Below are positions 18,692-28,524 of a stretch of DNA of 64,000 bases, piece after piece. The stretch lies in NCBI GenBank assembly GCA_964441875.1, contig CAYTVV010000004.1:394-64393 (forward strand). Direction: 5' to 3'. Every line of letters starts with the position of its first letter. Position 1 is the stretch's first letter. The notes beneath the pieces are model-generated. The model ran no database searches. It was given only the letters and a program-made list of their open reading frames with translations, and had not been told where the DNA came from. This DNA is from an uncultured Desulfurivibrio sp. (lineage in GTDB: Bacteria; Desulfobacterota; Desulfobulbia; Desulfobulbales; Desulfurivibrionaceae). Position numbers and translations under genes: made by a program.

Positions 18692-21214
18692 ATGGCCGGA
18701 AGACCGACGTACGCGGAATTGGAAAAACGGGTGAGGGAGTTGGAGGATCGTTGTGCCTGGCTTTCCGCGGACATGGACTCTTTTTTTGTGGAGGCGCCGG
18801 CCGGGCTTGGCCTGTTCGACAGGGAATTACGGTATGTCAAAATCAACCAGACCCTTGCCGATTTTGCCGGGAAAAGTGTGGCGGAACACCTCGGCAGACA
18901 GCTCCACGAGATGGTTCCTGGTGATGTTGGCCTAGAAGCCGAAGAGGGACTCCGGCGGGTGTTGGCAACCGGCGAGGCGTCCCTCAACAGAGAGATCTGC
19001 GGTGAAATGGCGGGGCAGCCTGGAGTTGTGCGCCACTGGCTGCATTCCCAGTTCCCCGTTTATGATCACAACGGGGAAATTGTCGGAATAGGGGTTGTCG
19101 TTGTAGAGGTGACTCCGTACACGCGCTTGCTTGACGAGACAAGGAAAAAGGAGATTTTTTTGAGATTGCTGCTCGAGAATCTCCCCGAGAAGATTTTCAT
19201 GAAGGATTCCAATTCAAGATTTTTGTTCTGCAATAATAATCTTGCCAATGACCTAGGCCTTACTCCTGACGAGATAGTCGGCAAGTCTGATCTCGATTTT
19301 TTCCCCGAGGACCTTGCTGAAAAATACAGGGAGGACGACAAGCGGGTAATGTCTTCCCAAAAAACAGAAGAGATGGAAGAGCGTTATCTGGCGGAGGGGA
19401 AAGAATTTACCGTTCACACGGTGAAAGCTCCTGTTATTTCCGAGCAGGGGAAGGCGATTGGCCTGCTCGGAATTGCCCATGATATTACGGCTCGTAAGCA
19501 GGCTGAGATGGAGCTGCGACATTACCAGATAGGATTGGAAAAGTTGGTTGCGAAGCGGACTGCGGCCCTGCAAAAAACACGGGACGAATTGCAACGAGTT
19601 TGCGCCAATCAGGAAAAGACAATTGCCGAGCAGACCAGGGAGTTGGAAGAGAAGGTTGCCGAGTTGGTTCAGGGCATTGAAAATCAAAAGGAAACCGAGG
19701 TGGAGCTTCGTGAAAGCGAGGAGCGTCTCCGGCAGATAGCGGAAAACATCAACAGCGTTTTTTGGATTCGCGACCTGACTGACGAACAAGTGTTGTATGT
19801 CAGCCCAGCCTATGAAGCGATCTGGGGAAAAACCACCGAAAGTCTCTACCTGAAATCAGACTCCTGGCTTGATGGTGTTCATCCTGAGGATATTGGCTGG
19901 GTTCGGGGAAAACTTTTTTATCAGAAATCCCGAGAGCAAGGTCTAGAGTTCCGGATAATCCGGCCCGACGGGGCCATCCGCTGGATTCGTACCAAGGGGT
20001 TTATGGTTTGCGATCAGACCGGTAAGAAATACCGGGAGGTCGGTATTGCCGAGGACACCACCCCCTATATGGAAATCCTTGACAGATTGCAGGAGTCGGA
20101 ATCCCGGTATCGTACGTTTTTTGAGACCAGTATCGACGGAGTCAGCATCTACGAAATAGCCAAGGCGAGCGGGGAGCAAAAGATTGTTGACTGCAATGAG
20201 AGCTATCTGAAGTTGGCCGGGCGCAGTAAAGAAGAACTGTTTGGTTATCCCGATATAAAAACCTTGAAAAAAAACCAGCAGAAAATAATGAGCCGGGAGG
20301 CTTACCGCCCCTCTCTGTGTTCTTCCAGAGGTGTTCGGTGTGTTGGGCTGTATTCCTGGTTGCGTCCGGATGGCCGGACAAATTTTATTGAATGTCGGGG
20401 AAAACAGATTTTCTTCAATGGCGCAGAATTTATACACTGTATGCACCGAGATATGACGCAGGTAAAACTTACGGAAGAAAAAATTCGGCATCTTTCCCGG
20501 CGGATAATCGAATCGGCGGAGGAAGAGCAAAAACGAATCGCTGGGGATCTACATGATGAATTCGGGGAGATTCTGCTTTCTCTGCGTCAGCAGGTTGACT
20601 CTCTACAGAAAAAAAGCATCTTGCCCGAAGGAGATACGTCGCGGGAACTTGTGAAGATCGGCGAGATTGTCGACATAATCGGGGCTGCTATTCGTGGGGC
20701 CACAAACAGACTCAGGCCGGACCTGCTTGACAATCTGGGGTTTATGCCGGCGTTGGAATGGGGACTGCAAGATTTTGCCGGCCGTTATCCAACGATCCAA
20801 ACCTCTATGAAAATAAAAGGGGCACAGAGGAAAATACTGCCTGAATATGAAATCGCCCTCTATCGTTTAGTTCAGGAGAGTCTCACCAATATCGGTAAAC
20901 ACGCCGGGGCGAGCACCGTTTCCGTCCGGTTGATATTTAGTTATCCCTCGCTCATAGTGACGGTTGGCGACGATGGTCGGGGTTTTGAGCCGGAGTATCT
21001 TGCCGGGATGCCCTCGGGAAGTCATGGCGGGCTTGGTTTGCGGAGTATGCATGAAAGGATGCTGGCGATCGGCGGAGTTCTTTCTGTTCGTTCACGCCCT
21101 GGTGTAGGGACAAAAATCCGGGCGGAAGTGAGATGGTTGGATCAGGGGAAAGAGGTGTCTGCTGATTCCGGGATAGATGATAACCCATATGCGGAGTTGC
21201 AACATGATCGGTAA
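18692..21214 (+). CDS. Multi-PAS sensor histidine kinase, HisKA_3 (NarX/DegS-type)
   Basis: Several PAS modules and coiled coils. H-box IAGDLHDEFGEILLSL, ATPase GGLGLRSMHER. ATG 18692 lies 5 nt after GAGGA; GTG 18680 is also possible. Confidence 0.8.
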   Translation: MAGRPTYAELEKRVRELEDRCAWLSADMDSFFVEAPAGLGLFDRELRYVKINQTLADFAGKSVAEHLGRQLHEMVPGDVGLEAEEGLRRVLATGEASLNREICGEMAGQPGVVRHWLHSQFPVYDHNGEIVGIGVVVVEVTPYTRLLDETRKKEIFLRLLLENLPEKIFMKDSNSRFLFCNNNLANDLGLTPDEIVGKSDLDFFPEDLAEKYREDDKRVMSSQKTEEMEERYLAEGKEFTVHTVKAPVISEQGKAIGLLGIAHDITARKQAEMELRHYQIGLEKLVAKRTAALQKTRDELQRVCANQEKTIAEQTRELEEKVAELVQGIENQKETEVELRESEERLRQIAENINSVFWIRDLTDEQVLYVSPAYEAIWGKTTESLYLKSDSWLDGVHPEDIGWVRGKLFYQKSREQGLEFRIIRPDGAIRWIRTKGFMVCDQTGKKYREVGIAEDTTPYMEILDRLQESESRYRTFFETSIDGVSIYEIAKASGEQKIVDCNESYLKLAGRSKEELFGYPDIKTLKKNQQKIMSREAYRPSLCSSRGVRCVGLYSWLRPDGRTNFIECRGKQIFFNGAEFIHCMHRDMTQVKLTEEKIRHLSRRIIESAEEEQKRIAGDLHDEFGEILLSLRQQVDSLQKKSILPEGDTSRELVKIGEIVDIIGAAIRGATNRLRPDLLDNLGFMPALEWGLQDFAGRYPTIQTSMKIKGAQRKILPEYEIALYRLVQESLTNIGKHAGASTVSVRLIFSYPSLIVTVGDDGRGFEPEYLAGMPSGSHGGLGLRSMHERMLAIGGVLSVRSRPGVGTKIRAEVRWLDQGKEVSADSGIDDNPYAELQHDR

Positions 21215-21887
21215 ATTGAAGGTAATGGTGGCTGATGATCATGCCATCGTCCGCGATGGAATTCGTCAACTTCTCCTGGGGCACCCGGAGTTGGATCTGG
21301 TCGGCGAGGCTTTTGACGGCAGGGAGGTGGTGCGGAAAGCCAAGCAAATGAGGCCAGATGTCATCCTTCTGGATATTGGCATGCCCGGGTTAAACGGCCT
21401 TGAGGTGGTGCCCTTGCTCAAAGAGGCGGCGCTGGATAGCAAGGTGGTGATTTTTTCCATGTACGACAAGGATGCCTATGTTCATCAAGCGCTTGCCTCG
21501 GGTGCTGTCGGCTATGTCTTGAAAACCGATTCGGGCGATGATATTATTGCCGCCATCCTGAAAGTGGCAAACGGCCATTATTTTTTGAGCGCAAAACTCA
21601 ATACCGCAGTGATCATGAAATACCTGTCTCCAAAGTCCGGGGATGATCACGGTGCTACGTCCTATGACAGCCTGTCCGAGCGGGAACAGCAGATTTTTCG
21701 CCTCGTGGTCGAAGGGCATGCGACAAGGGAGATAGCCCAGATGCTCTTTCTCAGCCCGCGAACCGTGGAAAAACACCGTTCCAATATCGTCAAAAAGCTT
21801 GATATTCACGATCCCATGGCTTTGGTGCGCTATGCCGTTAAAATCGGCGTTGTCGATCCGGAACTTTGGTCGCAGGCAGAGTGTTAA
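21204..21887 (+). CDS. NarL/FixJ-family response regulator (REC + LuxR-type HTH)
   Basis: KVMVADDHAIVRDG...DVILLDIGMPGLNG; LSEREQQIFRLVVEGHATREIAQMLFLSPRTVEKHRSNI. Overlaps the kinase 3' end. Confidence 0.85.
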   Translation: MIGKLKVMVADDHAIVRDGIRQLLLGHPELDLVGEAFDGREVVRKAKQMRPDVILLDIGMPGLNGLEVVPLLKEAALDSKVVIFSMYDKDAYVHQALASGAVGYVLKTDSGDDIIAAILKVANGHYFLSAKLNTAVIMKYLSPKSGDDHGATSYDSLSEREQQIFRLVVEGHATREIAQMLFLSPRTVEKHRSNIVKKLDIHDPMALVRYAVKIGVVDPELWSQAEC

Positions 21888-22237
21888 AAGAAAAGAGCAA
21901 GGCGAGCTTTTGGGCTAGATGTTGACCGCCGGGCGGCTGGATTTTTCGTTGCGGCTGGGGTAATTTTTGATAGTTAGTTAATCTTGGACAAGCAGATGCT
22001 TGAGCAGTCGATCATGCCGCTTGTCGTTGATATCTATTCCTGCTCCCTGGTCCGGGGGCAATTTCCCCCTCCCGTAGAATCGGTGGCGTAATTTTTTTTT
22101 CTCTCTCGATCTCTCTCCCGTCCGTGGAGCAGTCCTTTTTTTGTGTTATGCTGAAAAATACAGAGAAGGCAGGCCGTGCCTTCCTATCCGACACAGCGCG
22201 CAATCACAAGACGGATCATGAGGAACCACCACGGGCC

Positions 22238-23038
22238 ATGCGGATCAGCTGCGTAATCCCCACGAGAAACCGACCGGAAATGACCTGCCGGGCCATTGCC
22301 AGCGTGGTCGGTCAGGATACGCCGGTGAGCGAGATCATTGTCGTGGACGATGGCTCGACGGATAACACCGTTGCCCTAGTGGCCGCCCGCTTTCCCGAGG
22401 TGCGGCTGCTGCAACGCTCCGGCCTTGGGCCGGGGCTGGCGAGAAATGTCGGGGCTGCCGCGGCCTGCGGCGAGGTGGTCATGTTTCTGGATTCGGACGA
22501 TGTCTGGCTGGAGGGCCATGTGGCAAACCTGGTGCGGATCATGGCCCGTGGCTATTCGGTGGCCTATGGGGTGACCAGAAACAGCGACCAGGTTGGGGGC
22601 GGGGAGTTTTGCATCCCCGAGCCGGGTATGGCCGTGGAAGGTGAATGCCTCGCCGGTCTGGCCCGCTGGTGTTTTCTCGTCCCTTCGGCAATGGCCGTGG
22701 AGAGAGATGCCTTTGTTGCGGTGGGTGGTTTCGGGGGTGGAGATCTGGGCGAGGATTGGTCTTTTTTCATCCGGCTTGCCCACCGATTTCCCTTTGGCTT
22801 TTGCGGGGAGGAGCCCATCACCCTGCGCTATCTCCATGCCGGCAGCCTGTGCAATTGCGCGAACAGAGAACGGCTTGAGACCCTGCTGGTCTCGGTGGGT
22901 TTTGCCCTGGCGGAAACCGGGGCCTCGTCCGAGGAGATAAACCGGTTTCAGGCCCTGGTCGACTGGACCAGGCAGCAAGGGGATTGGCAGACCATTCAGC
23001 AGTGGTATATTTCCTTGAAACAGGAGGAGCTTATTTGA
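22238..23038 (+). CDS. Family 2 glycosyltransferase
   Basis: ISCVIPTRNRPEM...IIVVDDGSTDNT...FLDSDD. I place the start at MRISCVIP; it could lie further upstream (listed ORF starts at 22124). Confidence 0.7.
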   Translation: MRISCVIPTRNRPEMTCRAIASVVGQDTPVSEIIVVDDGSTDNTVALVAARFPEVRLLQRSGLGPGLARNVGAAAACGEVVMFLDSDDVWLEGHVANLVRIMARGYSVAYGVTRNSDQVGGGEFCIPEPGMAVEGECLAGLARWCFLVPSAMAVERDAFVAVGGFGGGDLGEDWSFFIRLAHRFPFGFCGEEPITLRYLHAGSLCNCANRERLETLLVSVGFALAETGASSEEINRFQALVDWTRQQGDWQTIQQWYISLKQEELI

Positions 23039-23928
23039 AACCATCCATATCCCCCCAGGACCATGCTCGGGTGCTGGCGGAGGGCCTTGATATCCCTCAG
23101 CAGTGCCCCTCTTTTGCCCTGCCTCTGCCGGAGGTAGGTATCTGCGGGAAAACCGTCTGGGTCAGGCTGCCCGAGGGTTTGATTCCGTTTACGGCCCGGC
23201 TTGAGGTGAACCTTGCCGCAGAGGTCCGGGGCATCCATATGTCCCGCATGGAAGAGGTGATCGCCGCCCTGTATGATCAGGAGTTCACCGATCTTCGTGA
23301 GTACGGGTTGCAGCTTGGCCGGGAGATGATGGCGCGTCAAGGCGCGAACAGCGGCAGGGTGCGGCTGGCCGGGCAGTTGCCGCTTATCCGAACGGCCAAG
23401 GTCAGCGGCAGGCAATCGGTGGATTCCATAGCGGTCAGTCTTGACCTGAAGCTGGTCGGGCAGGGAGAGGCGCTGGAAAGCGTGGCCATGTTCGGGGTCG
23501 GCGTGGCCCACATCACTGCCTGCCCTTGCACCCAGGCCTACAACCAGACCCTGTTTTGCAAGGAGGGTGAGGATTGCCCCCTGCCCACCCATTCGCAGCG
23601 TTCTCAGACCACCCTTTCCCTGCAATCTGCCGGGCTTTCTCCGAGCATTGCCGAGTTGTTGGCCTGCCTGGAAGAGGCCCTGCATGTGACCCAGGATTTG
23701 CTGAAAAGAACCGATGAGGCGCAACTGGTCTACACCTCGCACAGCCTGCCGCAGTTTGCCGAGGACGCAGTGCGGGAGGTGGCCCGGCAGGCAGGGGAGC
23801 GGTTCGGTAAGACATTGCCGCCGAAAACCCTGGTGGTTATTGACTCGTTGAGCCTGGAAAGCATCCATATTCACGATGTTTGCTGTCGGCTGGAAACCAG
23901 CCTGGCGGAAATCGTCAGGCATTTGTGA
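23035..23928 (+). CDS. folE2: GTP cyclohydrolase FolE2/MptA family (type IB)
   Basis: RGIHMSRMEE, HITACPCTQ, THSQRSQTTLSL, LLKRTDEAQLV, SLESIHIHDV. TTG start lies 5 nt after GGAGGAG and overlaps the GT2 stop (TTGA). Confidence 0.7.
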   Translation: MKPSISPQDHARVLAEGLDIPQQCPSFALPLPEVGICGKTVWVRLPEGLIPFTARLEVNLAAEVRGIHMSRMEEVIAALYDQEFTDLREYGLQLGREMMARQGANSGRVRLAGQLPLIRTAKVSGRQSVDSIAVSLDLKLVGQGEALESVAMFGVGVAHITACPCTQAYNQTLFCKEGEDCPLPTHSQRSQTTLSLQSAGLSPSIAELLACLEEALHVTQDLLKRTDEAQLVYTSHSLPQFAEDAVREVARQAGERFGKTLPPKTLVVIDSLSLESIHIHDVCCRLETSLAEIVRHL

Positions 23929-24118
23929 TTTTGCGGGGGAAGGTCAGTGGGGGACAACTGCACGTGGAGGCAATCTCCTCTTTGACATCATCTTCTGTTC
24001 GTAGATTTGGCAGAAGAGCTCCCTTTGTTACTGCGAGAAGGATAAGTTCCCCACTTTGAAAAAGGGGGGTTAGGGGGGATTTGGCAGTTCATGATTTAGA
24101 AATAAAATAAGGATATCC

Positions 24119-25591
24119 ATGGTAACGGAATTAACCCAGGATTGGCTGCAAACGTACCCCGAGGAGCTGCGTCGAGCCCTGGGCCAGGTTGTGCAACGCA
24201 GCGGACAACCCATGTATGTGGCAGGTGGACCGGTGCGGGACTGGCTGTTGGGAGTAGCGGCCAAGGATCTGGATTTCACCGTGCCCAAGGGCGCCGTGGC
24301 CTGCGCCCGCGAGGTTAGTGCCCTGCTGGGCGGCACCTTTGTCCTGCTCGATGAGGGGGAGGACGTGGCCAGGGTTGTTTGGCAGGGCCTTACCCTTGAT
24401 TTTTCCGGGTTCAGAAATCACACCGTCACCATTGAAGACGATCTTGGCCAGCGGGATTTCACCATCAATGCCATGGCCGTTTCCCTTGCCCCTGAGACTG
24501 GAACTCTTGCCGAGCGTACGGTTATTGATCCTTTCGGCGGCGCGGCCGATCTTGCGCAAAAAAAGATCCGCATCCTGGCTGTGGCCAATCTGCTGGCCGA
24601 TCCCCTGCGGCTGTTGCGGGCCTATCGCTTTGCCGCCACCCTGGATTTTGCCATCGAGGCGCAGACCGAGAAAGCCATTGCCGCTCACCGCGAGCTGCTG
24701 GCCGATCCGGCCATGGAGCGGGTGGCCTATGAACTTGGTCTGATCATGGCCTCGCCTCAAGCCTGGCAGACGATCAGCCGCATGGCACAAGGCGGCCTCC
24801 TGTGGGTGGTCTTTCCAGAGCTTGTTGCTGGCCGCGGGCTGGCTCAGCCTGCCAGTCATCATCTCGATGTGTTCGAGCACAGTCTGGAGGCCTTGCGCTG
24901 TCTGGAAAAAATCCTGCTCGATCCAGAGGGGTATTTCCCGGGGCAGGGCGGGTTGTTCAGCGAAATGGCCCAGGGAAAACCAGCCGTCTTGCTGAAGTGG
25001 GCAGCCCTGTTCCATGATCTGGGCAAACCGGAGACCCACCGGCTGGTTGAGGAAAAAATAACCTTTTATAACCACGATCAGGCTGGGGCCGCGATTTTTG
25101 AGGCCATTGCCGAAAGGCTTCATTGGCCCAAGGACGACCGCAACCGGGTGGCTCGACTCATTGCCCTGCACATGTGGCCCTTTCATCTCAGCAATGCCCG
25201 GTTGCGAACCGGAATCACGCGCAAGGCCTGTCTGCGTCTGGTCAAGGCGATTGGCGATGATTTGACCGGCCTCTTCCTGTTGGCCATGGCGGACAGCCTT
25301 GCCGGGCAGGGGCCGGGTAAGCCCGAAGGCATGGAGGAAAATCTGGCCGCGCTTTTGCTTGAGGTGCATGGGGTATATGCGGAGTATATCCAGCCGGTCT
25401 TTGCCAGCCCACCGTTGATCACCGGCCATGATCTGATTACGGTCTTTGCTCTCGAACCCGGCCCAATTTTCAAGAATATCCTCGATGGCCTTGTATTGGC
25501 GCAGGTGGAAGGTCAGGTGGCGGACCGGGAACAGGCTCTTGCCTGGGTTGAAATCTTCCTCAAGGATGGGGCGGCATCAGCGCCGTTATAA
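24119..25591 (+). CDS. cca: CCA-adding tRNA nucleotidyltransferase (polyA polymerase family with HD domain)
   Basis: YVAGGPVRDWLLG..KDLDF, RDFTINAMA, LFHDLGKPET. Confidence 0.8.
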   Translation: MVTELTQDWLQTYPEELRRALGQVVQRSGQPMYVAGGPVRDWLLGVAAKDLDFTVPKGAVACAREVSALLGGTFVLLDEGEDVARVVWQGLTLDFSGFRNHTVTIEDDLGQRDFTINAMAVSLAPETGTLAERTVIDPFGGAADLAQKKIRILAVANLLADPLRLLRAYRFAATLDFAIEAQTEKAIAAHRELLADPAMERVAYELGLIMASPQAWQTISRMAQGGLLWVVFPELVAGRGLAQPASHHLDVFEHSLEALRCLEKILLDPEGYFPGQGGLFSEMAQGKPAVLLKWAALFHDLGKPETHRLVEEKITFYNHDQAGAAIFEAIAERLHWPKDDRNRVARLIALHMWPFHLSNARLRTGITRKACLRLVKAIGDDLTGLFLLAMADSLAGQGPGKPEGMEENLAALLLEVHGVYAEYIQPVFASPPLITGHDLITVFALEPGPIFKNILDGLVLAQVEGQVADREQALAWVEIFLKDGAASAPL

Positions 25592-25609
25592 CGGCATAAG
25601 GGGCCGTAA
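25592..25609. repeat. Solo 18-bp copy of the family-2 repeat core
   Basis: CGGCATAAGGGGCCGTAA is identical to 25689-25706. It starts one nt after the cca stop. Confidence 0.8.
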
Positions 25610-25644
25610 ATAAGGTCCAAAAATACAGATTATTTCCTGGCGGC

Positions 25645-25766
25645 TCCTAAGCCGTTGTTCAATGTGTGTCACATTGAAATGTTGTGATCGGCATAAGGGG
25701 CCGTAATGAAGCAGCGTTAGCGGCGATGATGAAAAATCTAATGATTATTTCATGACGGCCCATAAA
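25645..25766 (-). repeat. Family-2 palindromic intergenic repeat (~120 bp)
   Basis: Its reverse complement aligns with 62198-62322. In the core, 65 of 76 positions are identical with no gaps, by hand alignment. Internal hairpin TTCAATGTG-tgt-CACATTGAA. Confidence 0.75.
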
Positions 25767-25879
25767 TTAAGTTTGACTGTTTTTTCAGCCCCGTTGTACC
25801 CTGAATAAAGCAGATGTTGTCGCAGACGCTGGGGGTGTTTTTTCTAAACAGATCAACTTCAAGGAAGCAGGCCGCAATC

Positions 25880-28354
25880 ATGAATGATAAGACTCCGCAA
25901 GGCCCGTATTGTGCTGTTTTTAAATCGCTCACCAAAAATGATTTCTTGACCACGATCAATCATCACATCTTGAGTTTTCTTGGCCGTGACCCCCAACGGG
26001 CCGGGAGCAGGGATGTTTACAAGGCTCTGGCCTACACCATTCGTGATTTTTTGGTCGAGCGCTGGATTTCAACGCAAAAAGGCTATTACGCAAAAGCCAA
26101 GAAGCGGGTCTATTACCTGTCCCTGGAGTTTCTTATTGGACGGTCCTTGGGCAACAGCCTCATCAACCTGGGCTTTTATGACGAGCTGGCCGGGGTTATG
26201 CAGGAGATGGGCTACGATCTCGAGGAGCTCAGGGAGGAAGAGGATGATGCCGCTCTCGGCAACGGAGGCCTTGGTCGCCTGGCCGCCTGTTTTATGGATT
26301 CGCTGGCAACCTTGGGCGTTCCTGCATACGGGTATGGCATCCGTTATGAGTACGGGCTGTTTTATCAACGGCTTGTGGACGGATTCCAGGTGGAGCGACC
26401 GGACAACTGGCTGCGTTACGGTACTCCCTGGGAGTACGAGAGACCCCAGAATCTCTATCCGGTGAAGTATTACGGGCGGGTGCAGCGGTATCGAAACAAC
26501 AAGGGCGAGCTTCGCACCGAGTGGATCGAGACGGAAGAGATCATGGCCATGGCCTGTGATGTTCTGGTGCCTGGTTTTAATAATAACAATGTCATCAATA
26601 TGCGCCTCTGGACAGCCAAAGCTTCCCGTGAGCTTGATCTCAGCTCGTTCAATCGGGGCGACTACATTTCGGCTGTGCATGATAAGGTGCTGTCGGAAAC
26701 TATTTCCAAGGTTCTCTATCCCTCGGACGATATCCGGGAGGGCCAGGAGCTGCGCCTGAAGCAGCAGTATTTTTTCGTGGCCGCTACTTTCCAGGACATC
26801 CTCCGGCGGCACAAGAAAAAACATGATGATTTTGATTCGTTCGCCGATGAAATCGCCGTGCAGCTCAACGATACCCATCCCTCCATCGCCATTCCGGAAT
26901 TCATGCGGCTCCTGGTGGATGATGAGTCGGTTCCCTGGGAAAAGGCCTGGCAGATCTGCGTTGGCACCTTTGGCTACACCAATCATACCCTGATGCCCGA
27001 GGCTCTGGAAAGCTGGCCCGTGGAGCTGCTGGGCAAGGTGCTGCCCCGGCACCTTGAGATCATCTACGAGATCAATCGTCTGTTCCTCGAAGAGGTTGCG
27101 GCCCGGTATCCTGGCCGCGACGATCTGTTGCGTTCCATGTCTATTATCGAGGAAGGGCCGGTGAAAAGGGTGCGCATGGCCTATATGGCCATCGTGGGCA
27201 GCCATTCGGTCAATGGGGTGGCCGAAATCCATACCCATCTCCTGAAGACCCGGTTGTTTAAGGATTTCCACGATTTTTACCCCGGTCGCTTCAATTGCAA
27301 AACCAACGGTATCACCCAGCGGCGCTGGCTGCTCAAGTGCAACCCCGGCCTGGCCGGCCTGATCACCGACACCATCGGCGGGGAATGGGTCACCGATCTC
27401 GACTATTTGCGCAACCTTGAGGCCTATGCCGACCAGCCGAAGTTTCAAAAAAAATGGGCCAAGGTGAAAACGGAGAACAAAAAACGCCTGGCCGCCATCA
27501 TCAAGCGGGATTGCGGGGTGGTGGTCAACCCCAACACCATGTTCGATGTGCAGGTGAAGCGGATTCACGAGTACAAGCGGCAGCTGCTCAATGTTCTGCA
27601 TGTCATCACCTTGTACCACCGGATCGCCAACGGGGAGGACACGGATTCTCCCGCGCGGACCATTGTTTTCGGGGGCAAGGCCGCGCCTTCGTATTTCAAG
27701 GCAAAATTGATCATCAAGCTGATCAATTCTGTGGCCGAGGTGGTCAACCATGATTCACGGGTGGGAGATCGGCTCAAGGTGGCGTTTATCCCCAACTATG
27801 GCGTGTCTGTCGCCGAAAAAATCTTCCCGGCTTCCGATCTTTCCGAGCAGATTTCCACTGCGGGCACCGAGGCCTCCGGCACCGGCAACATGAAATTCTC
27901 TTTAAATGGCGCTCTTACCATCGGCACCCTGGACGGAGCCAACATCGAGATCCGCGATGAGGTCGGGCCTGAGAATATGTTTATCTTCGGCATGACCACG
28001 GAAGAGGTCGAGGAGGCCAAACGTGATCCCCGCCGCAACGCTTTTGACGTGTATCGCGACAACGCCGAGGTGAAGCGTACCCTGGACAGCATCCGCAACG
28101 GCTATTTCAGCCGGGGCGACACCAACCTGTTTGCCCCCATCGTCGAGAGCCTGCTCAACCTCAACGACCCGTATCTGCTGCTGCTTGATCTGGAGGATTA
28201 TCTCCGCTGCCAGAGAGAGGTGGGCGATCTGTACCGGGATCAGCCGAACTGGATTCGCAAGTCCATCCTCAATGTGGCCAGGATGGGTAAGTTTTCCAGC
28301 GACCGGACCATCCGGGAATATGCCCGAGATATCTGGGGAATCCCGGTTGATTAG
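25880..28354 (+). CDS. glgP: Glycogen/maltodextrin phosphorylase
   Basis: EASGTGNMKFSLNGALTIGTLDGANIE (PLP lysine), LGNGGLGRLAACF. I place the start at MNDKTPQG. Confidence 0.9.
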   Translation: MNDKTPQGPYCAVFKSLTKNDFLTTINHHILSFLGRDPQRAGSRDVYKALAYTIRDFLVERWISTQKGYYAKAKKRVYYLSLEFLIGRSLGNSLINLGFYDELAGVMQEMGYDLEELREEEDDAALGNGGLGRLAACFMDSLATLGVPAYGYGIRYEYGLFYQRLVDGFQVERPDNWLRYGTPWEYERPQNLYPVKYYGRVQRYRNNKGELRTEWIETEEIMAMACDVLVPGFNNNNVINMRLWTAKASRELDLSSFNRGDYISAVHDKVLSETISKVLYPSDDIREGQELRLKQQYFFVAATFQDILRRHKKKHDDFDSFADEIAVQLNDTHPSIAIPEFMRLLVDDESVPWEKAWQICVGTFGYTNHTLMPEALESWPVELLGKVLPRHLEIIYEINRLFLEEVAARYPGRDDLLRSMSIIEEGPVKRVRMAYMAIVGSHSVNGVAEIHTHLLKTRLFKDFHDFYPGRFNCKTNGITQRRWLLKCNPGLAGLITDTIGGEWVTDLDYLRNLEAYADQPKFQKKWAKVKTENKKRLAAIIKRDCGVVVNPNTMFDVQVKRIHEYKRQLLNVLHVITLYHRIANGEDTDSPARTIVFGGKAAPSYFKAKLIIKLINSVAEVVNHDSRVGDRLKVAFIPNYGVSVAEKIFPASDLSEQISTAGTEASGTGNMKFSLNGALTIGTLDGANIEIRDEVGPENMFIFGMTTEEVEEAKRDPRRNAFDVYRDNAEVKRTLDSIRNGYFSRGDTNLFAPIVESLLNLNDPYLLLLDLEDYLRCQREVGDLYRDQPNWIRKSILNVARMGKFSSDRTIREYARDIWGIPVD

Positions 28355-28429
28355 GTGAATTCTGGCCTTGGGCACGACGGCGCTGTCCCCCAAAAGGCAT
28401 TGACTTTTCGCCCTATTGTTGATAGCTAG

Positions 28430-28475
28430 CAGGATGTTAAAAAAGCTGGGTTTCGCTTTTTTAACATCCTGTTTT
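28430..28475 (+). terminator. Rho-independent terminator after glgP
   Basis: Perfect 17-bp stem CAGGATGTTAAAAAAGC/GCTTTTTTAACATCCTG, 8-nt loop, then TTTT. A second small GGCGCG/CGCGCC hairpin follows. Confidence 0.75.
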
Positions 28476-28524
28476 GCAATCGGGCGCGCAAAAATCGCGC
28501 CTTTCCTTGATACTGGAAAAAGTT

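Noticed and set aside
21985-22000. Possible sigma-54 promoter TGGACA-agcag-ATGCT upstream of the GT2 gene
   Set aside because: It keeps only the minimal GG-N10-GC. Both the -24 (TGGCAC) and -12 (TTGC) elements are degraded, so it is likely chance.
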